A stretch of 36,146 nt of DNA. Origin: Gammaproteobacteria bacterium. Its GTDB lineage: Bacteria; Pseudomonadota; Gammaproteobacteria; Methylococcales; UBA2780. Shown here piece by piece: positions 1 to 8,720 of this stretch. Location: assembly GCA_003646305.1 (NCBI GenBank), contig QNFJ01000003.1, forward strand, positions 1 to 36,146, given 5' to 3'. The translations under genes were made by a program, and so were the position numbers. The notes below the pieces were generated by a model. The model was not told the origin of the DNA. It searched no databases and saw only the letters and a program-made list of their open reading frames with translations. How positions within the stretch are numbered: position 1 is the stretch's first letter; every line of letters begins with the position of its first letter.

Positions 1-419
1 TCTACAAAAAAAGCCGCTAGAGCCTCTTCTGTATCGGTCTTTTTTCCCTTTTGGTGGTAGGCGTCAAAGAGGTCTGCATGAATTTTGTCGGTTACCCCTA
101 AGGTTTCTGCCGCAAAATAGGCCTTGGCGTGCGCTTTCCAGCTTTCTCTGAATACAGCAGGTGTTCTGACGAAGGCAACATCACTGGGTAGTTTCTTTAG
201 CCAGGCTGCTAAAGTGGGTTCGAAGTGGTAGCAATGAGGGCAGCCGTACCAAAAGAACTCCCTGACTTCGACCTTGTCTTTATCTATTGTACTTTGTGGT
301 TTTGACAATAATTTATAATCCTGGCCTTCTTGAAAAGGCGCTGCCTGAGCAACGAGTGGTAATGATGTTGTCACCAATAATGTGAGTAACAGGCCGATAT
401 TCTTCAATATAAATCTCAT
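1..419 (-). CDS. dsbA: Thiol:disulfide interchange protein DsbA (3' end runs off the window; not in ORF track)
   Basis: Manual translation from ATG at 419: MRFILKNIGLLLTLLVTTSLPLVAQAAPFQEGQDY...KVEVREFFWYGCPHCYHFEP. Signal peptide plus CPHC active site. Start lies 1 nt after the resC stop. Confidence 0.93.
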   Translation of the reverse strand, partial: MRFILKNIGLLLTLLVTTSLPLVAQAAPFQEGQDYKLLSKPQSTIDKDKVEVREFFWYGCPHCYHFEPTLAAWLKKLPSDVAFVRTPAVFRESWKAHAKAYFAAETLGVTDKIHADLFDAYHQKGKKTDTEEALAAFFV

Positions 420-420
420 T

Positions 421-1599
421 CTAAAGCTCTCCGTATGAATGCAAACCAGACAAAAACATGTTCACACCTAAAAATGCGAACAGCGTAACAAAAAGGCCGA
501 TAACCGACCACCAGGCCATGGGGCGACCCCGCCAGCCTTTCGTTAAGCGCATATGAAGCCAGGCTGCGTAGTTTAGCCAAACAATCAATGCCCAGGTTTC
601 TTTGGGATCCCATGACCAGTATCCGCCCCAGGCCTCTGCCGCCCACAAGGCACCCAGGATCGTCGCCAGTGTAAAAAAGGCGAAGCCTAAGGCGATCGAT
701 TTATACATAACATCATCGAGCATATTGAGCTCTGGAAGTCGTAAAGCCATCACCCCTGTTGGGTTGTGATCCAGTGCTCGTTTTTTAAGCAGATAAACAA
801 CACCTACCATTGCGGCTAACGCAAAAGCACCGTATCCCACAAAATTTGCTGGAACATGGATTTTCATCCAGTAGCTTTGCAGCGCGGGTACCAGCGGTTG
901 TATGCCAGCGGCATTGCGATCAAATGCGTACCAAAGAAGAAAGCCGACAGCAGCACTGATGATCAACAGAACAAAACCGCCTAACGAGCGTGTGTTGTAT
1001 CGTTTTTCATAGTGCAGATAAATCAGCGCAGTAATTATCGAAAAGAGAATGAAGACTTCGTACAGGTTGCTGACAGGGATGTGCCCTACATCTGTACCAA
1101 TTAGATAAGACTCGTACCAGCGCACCATCAAGCCAACAAAACCCATCGCCGTGGCGATCCAGGTCATGCTGCTCGCAACCCGCCCGACAAATTCAACCTG
1201 GGAAAATAGCCAGCCAAAGTAGGCAATTGTTGCCATCACATAGAGCGCACTCATCCACATAATTGCGGATTGGCTTGAAAACATAAATTTCAGGAAAAAA
1301 TCCTGTTCAACCTGTGCCAGCTCACCGCCATAACGAGAGAGCGCAAACAGACTTAATAAAGCGATAAGGGTAGTTAGGATCTGCAAAGCCCGCCATGAAA
1401 AGCCCATCACTAGTAGCGTGGCAGCTGTCAAAATGAGAATTCCTTTCTCATAGATATCCATCAACTCATTGTATTCACCATAAACAAAGAACGTTCCAGC
1501 CAAAAGCATCGCTGCCCAAATCCAGTCGGTTAATTTTAGTCTTTGTAGTAAGGAGCGCTGATCTAGCTCCAGTTTTAAGGTTTGGTTTGATGTCACCAT
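421..1599 (-). CDS. resC: System II cytochrome c synthase subunit ResC/CcsA (often annotated CcsB)
   Basis: Polytopic membrane protein with WWD motif WAAEAWGGYWSWDPKETW, WMKIHVP and C-terminal GLHSY. Confidence 0.95.
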   Translation of the reverse strand: MVTSNQTLKLELDQRSLLQRLKLTDWIWAAMLLAGTFFVYGEYNELMDIYEKGILILTAATLLVMGFSWRALQILTTLIALLSLFALSRYGGELAQVEQDFFLKFMFSSQSAIMWMSALYVMATIAYFGWLFSQVEFVGRVASSMTWIATAMGFVGLMVRWYESYLIGTDVGHIPVSNLYEVFILFSIITALIYLHYEKRYNTRSLGGFVLLIISAAVGFLLWYAFDRNAAGIQPLVPALQSYWMKIHVPANFVGYGAFALAAMVGVVYLLKKRALDHNPTGVMALRLPELNMLDDVMYKSIALGFAFFTLATILGALWAAEAWGGYWSWDPKETWALIVWLNYAAWLHMRLTKGWRGRPMAWWSVIGLFVTLFAFLGVNMFLSGLHSYGEL

Positions 1600-1609
1600 A
1601 ATTCAGTCT

Positions 1610-3601
1610 CTAAGTATGTGGAGAGAAGACCTCATCCAGTTTTTCATGTATCTCTTGGTATTCATTAGCGAAGTCCATTTCGTTTCGTACAGCATTCCCC
1701 GATAAAATGACTTGAACAGAGCCATCTTTCTTTCGTAACCAGACCCACAACCGGCGCTGAGGCATATAGAACATCAGAAATACGCCCAACGCCAGCATAA
1801 AGCAACCCGGATAAACCAGATTTTTACCGGGAGACCTTGTTAGCTGCAGTCCCGTCGCCTGAATATGCTCATAATTCACCAGCTGAAAATAGAAGGGTGA
1901 ACCATATCGTTCAATCGCCCCTATCGCAGCACCCGCATCCTCGAAAAATTGTGAATCAAACTCACTCATTCCTTTTTCTATCGACTGACCCTCTTCTTTT
2001 AATAGGTCGAGATACACTGTTCCCAGCAAGTGGCGGAGAATCTTCACATAAATGCCGGCAATCTCCTCACGCTTCTCTTCAGGGATGCGAGACTCAATAG
2101 CACCAATCACCGCATCCATTCCACCCTGGACATAAATGCGGACAAGCATGCTCATCATATTCGCGATCTCTTCTTGCCCTCCTTCCGGTACGGCACCGCT
2201 ATCTGTAGTTGCCGAAGCAGCCTTTAATGCAAGCTGATGTAACCCTTTACTGTCTTTCAGTCGATTATAGAATGTCATAAAACGATGAATAGAAGCTGAA
2301 GAGTCCGCAGGTAGATAAAGATACTGAAAAGGTTCGGCCGGACTACTGCGGACACCACTCATAAAATAGAGTCGCCCATCGGTACTGATTGGGCTCATAT
2401 AGTTTAGGTATTCCTTTGCCTCACCCGTTGCTGCCCTCAACTTAAACTGAATGCTTGAGCCAATATTGTGAAACTTTCGTCCCTCTTCTGGAGAGGGCTG
2501 AATATTGAAGAGCCGAAAATCGTTCAGTTCCAGATCCATCTCGCCGATGCTGGTTTGTATCTTCTGGCTCTGGTTGATAATCCCTTTTATGGCCACAGGC
2601 TCCTTTTGGGCGCCAGCCAAAGACCACCCTTTAAGCTCTATTTTTGAGCCTCCATCACCAAAACTGGCCTGATAAATTGAGACACCTTTGTAGGTAAGAG
2701 GGTGATTGACAGAAATCGTTTCTCTAAGTGGCGCTTCTAGCTCATCATCAACAATCACCAGATCACTCTCAAAGGATTTCGGCTGACCACTTTCGTAATG
2801 TTCAATCCTAAAGTCCTCAACCTCAATGGTGAAGGGTAGTTGCTGAACCAGATAACCATCTTTATAGCCGAGGAAAACAACATTAGCGCCGCCCCCTTCA
2901 GGAATGCTCACATTCCCCCGGTACGAGAGATTACTGCTAGCCAGCCGGCTAATATCCGGCACCTCATTAGCTAAAATATTACGTTTCTCTACCTTTATTT
3001 CACCAAGAGATTCGGCAATTTTTAATAGCACATTGCCATCCATCAACCCACCAATGCAGATCAGCACGATCGCAATATGTGTAAGAAGGTAGCCCCAACG
3101 ACTTCCTGCTCCTTTGATTGCGGACAAGAGCTGGTAATTGTCTCCCGCTTTCTCCCTCAACCGGAAGCCATGGTGTGCTAAAAGCTCTTGCGATACGGAC
3201 AGGCATTCTTCAATCGGTGCAGCCACTTCCCATTCATTGTGATGCTTATGGTTTCTAAGTGATTTTTCCTTGACCTCCAGCCGGAAGTCCTGCATCTCAC
3301 GAAACATTCTTGGCATATTTCGGTAAATACAAACGCTGGTCGATAAAACCAGAAAGCCAAGAATAATTAGAAACCAAATCGCAGAATAGACTTGGAATAA
3401 TCCTAACGCCTTAAAGACTTCAAACCAGAAGGGACCAAACTTTAAGAGATAATCCGAGTAGGGCTGGTTTTGCTGAAGAACCGTACCAATAATTGAGGCG
3501 AAAGAAATCGCAACCAACAGCGTAATTGCCAGGTTCATTGAACCTAGAAACTTTAGTAAAATTGCTCGCCTACTGGCGTGATGGGTATTGCTGTTGGTCA
3601 T
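1610..3601 (-). CDS. resB: System II cytochrome c biogenesis protein ResB/Ccs1
   Basis: N-terminal FLGSMNLAITLL...SIIGTVLQQ, conserved TM His (LLTHIAIV), VNHPLTYKG..YQAS, large periplasmic domain, C-terminal TM. Adjacent to resC. Confidence 0.93.
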   Translation of the reverse strand: MTNSNTHHASRRAILLKFLGSMNLAITLLVAISFASIIGTVLQQNQPYSDYLLKFGPFWFEVFKALGLFQVYSAIWFLIILGFLVLSTSVCIYRNMPRMFREMQDFRLEVKEKSLRNHKHHNEWEVAAPIEECLSVSQELLAHHGFRLREKAGDNYQLLSAIKGAGSRWGYLLTHIAIVLICIGGLMDGNVLLKIAESLGEIKVEKRNILANEVPDISRLASSNLSYRGNVSIPEGGGANVVFLGYKDGYLVQQLPFTIEVEDFRIEHYESGQPKSFESDLVIVDDELEAPLRETISVNHPLTYKGVSIYQASFGDGGSKIELKGWSLAGAQKEPVAIKGIINQSQKIQTSIGEMDLELNDFRLFNIQPSPEEGRKFHNIGSSIQFKLRAATGEAKEYLNYMSPISTDGRLYFMSGVRSSPAEPFQYLYLPADSSASIHRFMTFYNRLKDSKGLHQLALKAASATTDSGAVPEGGQEEIANMMSMLVRIYVQGGMDAVIGAIESRIPEEKREEIAGIYVKILRHLLGTVYLDLLKEEGQSIEKGMSEFDSQFFEDAGAAIGAIERYGSPFYFQLVNYEHIQATGLQLTRSPGKNLVYPGCFMLALGVFLMFYMPQRRLWVWLRKKDGSVQVILSGNAVRNEMDFANEYQEIHEKLDEVFSPHT

Positions 3602-3616
3602 AACACCCGAAGAAAC

Positions 3617-3645
3617 AGGGGGAGAACGATTATCGTTATCCCCCT
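3617..3645 (-). terminator. Stem-loop between c4 and resB (terminator/attenuator-like)
   Basis: Minus strand AGGGGGA-T-AACGA-TAA-TCGTT-C-TCCCCCT followed by GTTTCTT. Confidence 0.5.
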
Positions 3646-3709
3646 AAATAATTGAAACTTTTTGATCGATAGCCACCAATAAAAATGAGGCGGCTACCGT
3701 TAAGTGAGC

Positions 3710-4312
3710 TTAGTGCAACCCTGAAATATAAGAAGAGACCGCCTTAATTTCTTTTAGCGTCATTTTACCCGCTGTATTTCTCATCATCTCAGAGGCATCA
3801 TTTGTGCGGGCCTCTGACTTGAAGTCATTAAGCGATTTTTCCAGGTAAGTGACATGCTGTCCGCTTAGAGATGGAAAACCAGCGGGTTCATTGCCTGATC
3901 CTGTCGGGCTGTGGCATGACAAGCAGGCAGCCAGGCCAGTTTCTGGGTTGCCACCCCGATAAAGTTTTTCACCTAGCGTGATCTTTTCAACATCTGCAAC
4001 CTCGAGAGTCTTTTTCTGGCTCGCATAATAGGCAGATAGGTCGGCAATATCCTCATCACTAAGGGCTGCTGCCATACCCGTCATAGTTGGGTCATTTCGC
4101 TTTTGAGATTTAAAATCCTGGAGTTGCTTTTCCAGATAAGAGGCATGCTGTCCAGCCAGCTTTGGAAACATTGGTGCTGGGCTATTCCCATCCAGGCCAT
4201 GACATGCTGCACACATTCCTGACTTTGTTTTTCCCGCAGCCACATCTGCCGCTTGTGCCGCCCCCATTCCAAATGCCAGAATTAACCCGGCAAATAGTAT
4301 CTGTTTTTTCAT
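3710..4312 (-). CDS. Diheme cytochrome c4
   Basis: Start MKKQILFAG (signal peptide). Two heme motifs CAACH and CLSCH, PKLAGQH and PSLSGQH, Met axial-ligand regions. Confidence 0.93.
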   Translation of the reverse strand: MKKQILFAGLILAFGMGAAQAADVAAGKTKSGMCAACHGLDGNSPAPMFPKLAGQHASYLEKQLQDFKSQKRNDPTMTGMAAALSDEDIADLSAYYASQKKTLEVADVEKITLGEKLYRGGNPETGLAACLSCHSPTGSGNEPAGFPSLSGQHVTYLEKSLNDFKSEARTNDASEMMRNTAGKMTLKEIKAVSSYISGLH

Positions 4313-4334
4313 CACCAACTCTCTATCAATAAGA

Positions 4335-4367
4335 AAGCATAAAGCCTCCAAAGGAGGCTTTATGCTT
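4335..4367 (-). terminator. Perfect 15-bp inverted repeat downstream of the monoheme cytochrome gene
   Basis: AAGCATAAAGCCTCC-AAA-GGAGGCTTTATGCTT, followed by TCTT on the minus strand. Confidence 0.6.
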
Positions 4368-4385
4368 AAAACAATTAACCTGGAA

Positions 4386-4697
4386 TTACTTCAAGCTTGA
4401 GTAATAAGAGGATAAATTATCGATGTCCGCATCAGACAGCGCAGCAGCTGTTGGGTTCATCATTGGGTTTTTACGTGTGCCCGCTTTGAATGCTTTTAGC
4501 TGTGCAACTAAATACTGTTCGTTCTGTCCTGCCAGGTTAGGATAGCCAGGGATAGAGCTAATGCCCGCTGCCCCATGGCACGCCGCACACATTCCTGATT
4601 TTGCTTTACCTGCTGCTGCATCTGCATGTGCTGCGCTGGCAACACCGGTAATACCTGTCAAAAGGCTCACTGCCACAACTGCTAATACTTTTTTCAT
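4386..4697 (-). CDS. Monoheme class I cytochrome c (c4 half-domain/c553-like)
   Basis: GGAG SD before MKKVLAVV signal peptide. Single CAACH, PNLAGQN, RKNPMM. Confidence 0.92.
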   Translation of the reverse strand: MKKVLAVVAVSLLTGITGVASAAHADAAAGKAKSGMCAACHGAAGISSIPGYPNLAGQNEQYLVAQLKAFKAGTRKNPMMNPTAAALSDADIDNLSSYYSSLK

Positions 4698-4837
4698 TTT
4701 TATCTCCAAAGTTTATCTGTCTAGCTCTTCAAAAACTACACCTGTCAGCCTGAATAGTCGCTGAACATTTATCTGCCCAAGGAGGGGCATTAATGGAGCA
4801 TTATAGTCACTCACTCCACGATTAACTACCACTACGC

Positions 4838-5173
4838 CTATTTTTTCAGGCTTGCATAATAAGCAGCCAATTCGATGATCTCTTTATCCGTCAAAGAGGT
4901 GGCTGCTGGTGTCATCATTAAATTGTTCCGGTAACCTATTCTAAACGCTTTTAACTGCTCGACCAGATATGCCTCACTCTTTCCTGCGAGATCAGGTAAA
5001 CCTTCCTGATTGCCGGTACTTTCAGCGCCATGGCACCCTGCGCATTTCGATTTTGCCAGCATTTTTCCGGCTATAATCTCTCCGGGGCCAGTGGCCTTCG
5101 CGGGCTCTGCATTGGCCAACGAAGTCAAACAGCTTGCTCCAAGTAACGCTGAAACTATTAATGTTTTTTTCAT
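4838..5173 (-). CDS. Second monoheme class I cytochrome c
   Basis: GGAG SD before MKKTLIVSAL signal peptide. Single CAGCH, PDLAGK, RNNLMM. Confidence 0.88.
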   Translation of the reverse strand: MKKTLIVSALLGASCLTSLANAEPAKATGPGEIIAGKMLAKSKCAGCHGAESTGNQEGLPDLAGKSEAYLVEQLKAFRIGYRNNLMMTPAATSLTDKEIIELAAYYASLKK

Positions 5174-5280
5174 CCTATCTCCTGAATTATCTCTTTTTAT
5201 TTTGCTAAATAGCTGCATGTGCTGCTTATTATTAACTGATCTGAACAACCTGTCTATTCTGCAATAGCACGGTGCATTGT

Positions 5281-5309
5281 ATTATAGTTCCCCTTAAATT
5301 AATGATTAA
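5281..5309 (-). promoter_or_regulatory. Putative sigma70 promoter for the cytochrome c cluster
   Basis: Minus strand TTAATC-N17-TATAAT (perfect -10 at 5286-5281). Confidence 0.45.
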
Positions 5310-5330
5310 CCTGATCCCAACTAAATTAGT

Positions 5331-5933
5331 ATGAATAATCTTTATAGAACAGCCCAATTTTTATTGAGCACCCCAGACCTTAAAAGTGCCCCACCTGATG
5401 AGGGTCTTGAGGTTGCTTTTGCAGGGCGTTCAAATGCAGGAAAATCTAGCGCCATCAATGCAATTACCTCTCAGAAAGCCCTTGCTAGAACGAGCAAAAC
5501 ACCTGGGCGGACACAGCAGCTTGTCTTTTTTAACCTCGATGATGAACGGCGGCTCGTTGATCTTCCCGGATATGGGTACGCTAAGGTGTCACTAAAGATG
5601 CAGAAAAACTGGCAACTTAATATGCAGCGGTACTTAAACGAGCGCACAGCACTTAGAGGGCTGTTCTTGTTGATGGATATTCGCCGGCCGCTCACGCCAT
5701 TTGATGAGCAGATGATTGCCTGGACACAGAGTCGTCAACTCCCGCTGCATATTGCCCTGACCAAAGCAGACAAACTGAGCAGAGGGAACGCAAAAAGTAC
5801 GTTATTGAGCACCCGTGACCAGCTTGAAAAACAGGGTGTTCCCTGTTCTCTTCAGTTGTTTTCCGTGCCCGGGAAAATAGGCGTTGATGACGCGCATGAA
5901 ATCCTTGATGAGTGGCTAGTGGTGCGAAAATAA
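5331..5933 (+). CDS. engB: Ribosome biogenesis GTP-binding protein YihA/EngB
   Basis: GRSNAGKSS, SKTPGRT, DLPGYG and TKAD motifs. Divergent from c4 as usual. Confidence 0.96.
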   Translation: MNNLYRTAQFLLSTPDLKSAPPDEGLEVAFAGRSNAGKSSAINAITSQKALARTSKTPGRTQQLVFFNLDDERRLVDLPGYGYAKVSLKMQKNWQLNMQRYLNERTALRGLFLLMDIRRPLTPFDEQMIAWTQSRQLPLHIALTKADKLSRGNAKSTLLSTRDQLEKQGVPCSLQLFSVPGKIGVDDAHEILDEWLVVRK

Positions 5934-5980
5934 CTCAGGGTTGCAGCTTGTTGGAGCGACTTTTTATTTCTCAAAAATCC

Positions 5981-6008
5981 TTGACGTTGATTATTTGTAA
6001 TCTATACT
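5981..6008 (+). promoter_or_regulatory. Sigma70 promoter of the metK operon
   Basis: TTGACG (5981-5986)-N16-TATACT (6003-6008). Implied TSS near 6014-6015, just 5' of the aptamer. Confidence 0.7.
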
Positions 6009-6018
6009 TAGTTGGAGA

Positions 6019-6071
6019 AGCGCTGATTTGAACCGGCTTGCAGGCGCTATATAAATTTTGCTAAATATGGG
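6019..6071 (+). ncRNA. SAM-II (SAM_alpha) riboswitch aptamer
   Basis: AGCGCT-GATTT-GAA-CCG-GCTTGC-A-GGCGCT-ATATAAAT-TTT-GCTAAA-TAT-GGG. P1 is 6019-6024/6043-6048, L1 is GAUUU, pseudoknot UUGC pairs with GC(U)AA, and CCG pairs with UGG. Located upstream of metK. Confidence 0.88.
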
Positions 6072-6073
6072 TG

Positions 6074-6109
6074 AAAACCTGCTTTAGCATACGCTTAGCG
6101 GGTTTTTTT
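6074..6109 (+). terminator. Intrinsic terminator in the metK leader (riboswitch expression platform)
   Basis: AAAACCTGCT..AGC-ATAC-GCT..AGCGGG followed by T7 (6103-6109). Confidence 0.78.
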
Positions 6110-6165
6110 GTGCCTTGTGGGTTGATCGTGAAAGACGCTCGAAGGCTTTTGAAAAGGTTTGTAAC

Positions 6166-7326
6166 ATGACTGATAACTTTATATTTACCTCAGAATCTGT
6201 ATCAGAAGGACACCCTGACAAGGTGGCCGATCAGATCTCTGATGCGGTATTGGATGCGCTGCTTGAGCAAGACCCTGAGTCACGCGTGGCATGTGAAACG
6301 ATGGTTAAGACCGGCATGGTGATATTGGCGGGTGAAATCACCACCAGCGCTTGGGTAGACACCGAAGAGCTGGTTAGAAATGTTGTTAGAGAGATCGGTT
6401 ACGATGACCCCTCGATCGGTTTTGACTGGCAAAGCTGTGCGGTACTGAATGCGATTGGTAAGCAGTCACATGATATTGCAATGGGCGTTGATGAGGCTGA
6501 AGGACACGAGCAGGGAGCGGGTGACCAAGGGTTGATGTTTGGTTATGCCAGTAATGAGACTGATGTTCTGATGCCGGCGCCGATCACCTATTCTCACCGC
6601 CTTGTTGAGCGCCAAGCACAAGCCCGTAAGGATAAGACGCTCCCGTGGCTACGGCCCGATGCAAAAAGCCAAGTGACCATGCGCTATGAAAATGGCAAAC
6701 CGGTTGCGGTTGATGCGATTGTTCTTTCTACGCAGCACTCACCTGATATTGGCTTAAAGGAATTACAAGAAGCGATTATGGAAGAGGTTATTTTGCCGGT
6801 GATTCCCGCAGAATGGCTGCATAAAGAGACAAAATACCTGATTAACCCAACAGGCCAGTTCATTATTGGTGGCCCTGTAGGTGATTGTGGCTTAACAGGT
6901 CGTAAGATTATTGTGGATACTTATGGCGGTATGGCGCGTCATGGTGGGGGAGCATTTAGTGGTAAAGACCCCTCAAAAGTGGATCGTTCTGCTGCCTACA
7001 TGGGGCGCTATATTGCCAAGAATATTGTTGCAGCCGGTTTGGCGGAGCGTTGTGAAATTCAAATCTCTTATGCAATTGGTGTGGCAGAGCCCACCTCAAT
7101 CAGCATCGAGACTTTTGGAACGGGTAAAATAGGTGAAGAACGTTTGGTCGATATTGTGCGTGACCATTTTGAGATGCGCCCTAAAGGGTTGATTGAAATG
7201 TTAGATCTTAAGCGACCTATTTATAGACAGACTGCAGCGTATGGCCATTTTGGACGTACTGAAGCAGATTTTACTTGGGAAAGAACTGATAAAGCTGAAG
7301 CGCTTAAAGCGGCAGCCGGCATTTAG
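6166..7326 (+). CDS. metK: S-adenosylmethionine synthetase
   Basis: [28 protein letters not shown]. Start reassigned to ATG 6166. Confidence 0.98.
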   Translation: MTDNFIFTSESVSEGHPDKVADQISDAVLDALLEQDPESRVACETMVKTGMVILAGEITTSAWVDTEELVRNVVREIGYDDPSIGFDWQSCAVLNAIGKQSHDIAMGVDEAEGHEQGAGDQGLMFGYASNETDVLMPAPITYSHRLVERQAQARKDKTLPWLRPDAKSQVTMRYENGKPVAVDAIVLSTQHSPDIGLKELQEAIMEEVILPVIPAEWLHKETKYLINPTGQFIIGGPVGDCGLTGRKIIVDTYGGMARHGGGAFSGKDPSKVDRSAAYMGRYIAKNIVAAGLAERCEIQISYAIGVAEPTSISIETFGTGKIGEERLVDIVRDHFEMRPKGLIEMLDLKRPIYRQTAAYGHFGRTEADFTWERTDKAEALKAAAGI

Positions 7327-7342
7327 AGATAAAGGAATTAAA

Positions 7343-8653
7343 ATGACACAACCGATAGAAAATTTAACACCTGATTATAAAGTAGCCGATATCTCCTTGG
7401 CTGAATGGGGTCATAAAGAGACCCGTATCGCTGAGATTGAAATGCCTGGGCTGATGGGACTAAGAGAAGAGTTTAAAGGACAGTTTCCTTTAAAAGGCGC
7501 GCGTATTGCCGGCTGCCTGCATATGACTATTCAGACAGCGGTACTGATTGAGACGTTGATCGACTTAGGTGCAGAAGTGCGCTGGTCTTCATGCAATATC
7601 TTTTCTACACAGGATCAAGCGGCTGCGTCGATCGCAGATCAAGGCATTCCTGTTTTTGCTTGGAAAGGTGAGAGTGAAGAGGAGTTTTTGTGGTGCATTG
7701 AGCAGACAATTTTTGGCCCTGATGATTGGCGTCCAAACCTGATTCTGGATGATGGCGGCGATTTGACGCAGATGATGCACGAGAAATACCCAGAACTTTT
7801 AGGTGATGTGCGTGGCCTATCAGAAGAGACCACAACCGGTGTTCACCGTCTGTATGAAATGGTCAAAGAGGGTAGTCTGAAGGTTCCAGCGATCAATGTG
7901 AATGATTCGGTTACAAAATCGAAATTCGATAACCTTTATGGTTGCCGTGAATCGTTGTTAGATGGGATTAAACGGGCAACCGATGTGATGATTGCCGGAA
8001 AAGTCTGTATCGTTTTAGGTTATGGCGATGTGGGTAAAGGCTGTGCGCAGGCCTTTAGAGGCATGGGTGCAACGGTTTGGGTTACAGAGATTGACCCCAT
8101 TTGTGCGTTGCAGGCAGCAATGGAAGGTTACCGTGTGGTTCGCATGGATGAAATTGCTGGGCAAGGTGATATTTTTGTCACCACAACCGGTAATGTAAGC
8201 GTGATTACCCATGACCATATGGCGGCAATGAAGAATGAGGCCATTGTTTGCAATATTGGCCACTTTGATTCTGAAATCGATATCGCCTCTGTTCGGGATT
8301 ATGAATGGGAAAATATCAAGCCACAGGTTGATCATGTGATCTTTCCAGATGGCAAGAAGCTGATCGTGCTGGCAGAAGGGCGTTTGGTAAACTTGGGTTG
8401 TGCAACAGGCCACCCTAGCTTTGTGATGTCGGCTTCATTTACCAATCAGGTGATGGCTCAGATTGAGTTATGGGAAAAAAGTGCAGACTATAAGAATGAC
8501 GTGTATGTTCTGCCTAAGCATCTTGATGAGAAAGTGGCTCGTTTTCACCTTGCAAAAGTGGGTGCAAACTTGACGGTACTGAGCCAAGAGCAGTCTGATT
8601 ATCTTGGACTTGCTGTTGAAGGTCCTTATAAGCCAGAGCATTACCGTTACTAG
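7343..8653 (+). CDS. ahcY: Adenosylhomocysteinase
   Basis: [44 protein letters not shown]-terminal [15 protein letters not shown] before ATG 7343. Confidence 0.98.
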   Translation: MTQPIENLTPDYKVADISLAEWGHKETRIAEIEMPGLMGLREEFKGQFPLKGARIAGCLHMTIQTAVLIETLIDLGAEVRWSSCNIFSTQDQAAASIADQGIPVFAWKGESEEEFLWCIEQTIFGPDDWRPNLILDDGGDLTQMMHEKYPELLGDVRGLSEETTTGVHRLYEMVKEGSLKVPAINVNDSVTKSKFDNLYGCRESLLDGIKRATDVMIAGKVCIVLGYGDVGKGCAQAFRGMGATVWVTEIDPICALQAAMEGYRVVRMDEIAGQGDIFVTTTGNVSVITHDHMAAMKNEAIVCNIGHFDSEIDIASVRDYEWENIKPQVDHVIFPDGKKLIVLAEGRLVNLGCATGHPSFVMSASFTNQVMAQIELWEKSADYKNDVYVLPKHLDEKVARFHLAKVGANLTVLSQEQSDYLGLAVEGPYKPEHYRY

Positions 8654-8666
8654 GTTTTAATGGGTT

Positions 8667-8694
8667 GAGCCACCTCGACTTGTCGAGGTGGCTC
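8667..8694. repeat. Perfect 13-bp inverted repeat between ahcY and metF
   Basis: GAGCCACCTCGAC-TT-GTCGAGGTGGCTC, with no adjacent U-tract. Confidence 0.75.
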
Positions 8695-8720
8695 GCCAGC
8701 AGTTTAAAAAAAATAGTTAA

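Noticed and set aside
6115-6165. Upstream in-frame extensions in the ORF track (metK 6115, ahcY 7241, pilT 19848, thyA 34985, c4 4351, cytochrome 5248)
   Set aside because: Family-typical N-termini, signal peptides or SD sequences point to later ATGs.
6110-6165. Possible second (SAM-V or SAH) aptamer between the terminator and metK
   Set aside because: Only weak G-U-rich pairing. No AUUU/CUAAA core and no GAGGAGCG...CAGGCUC SAH core.
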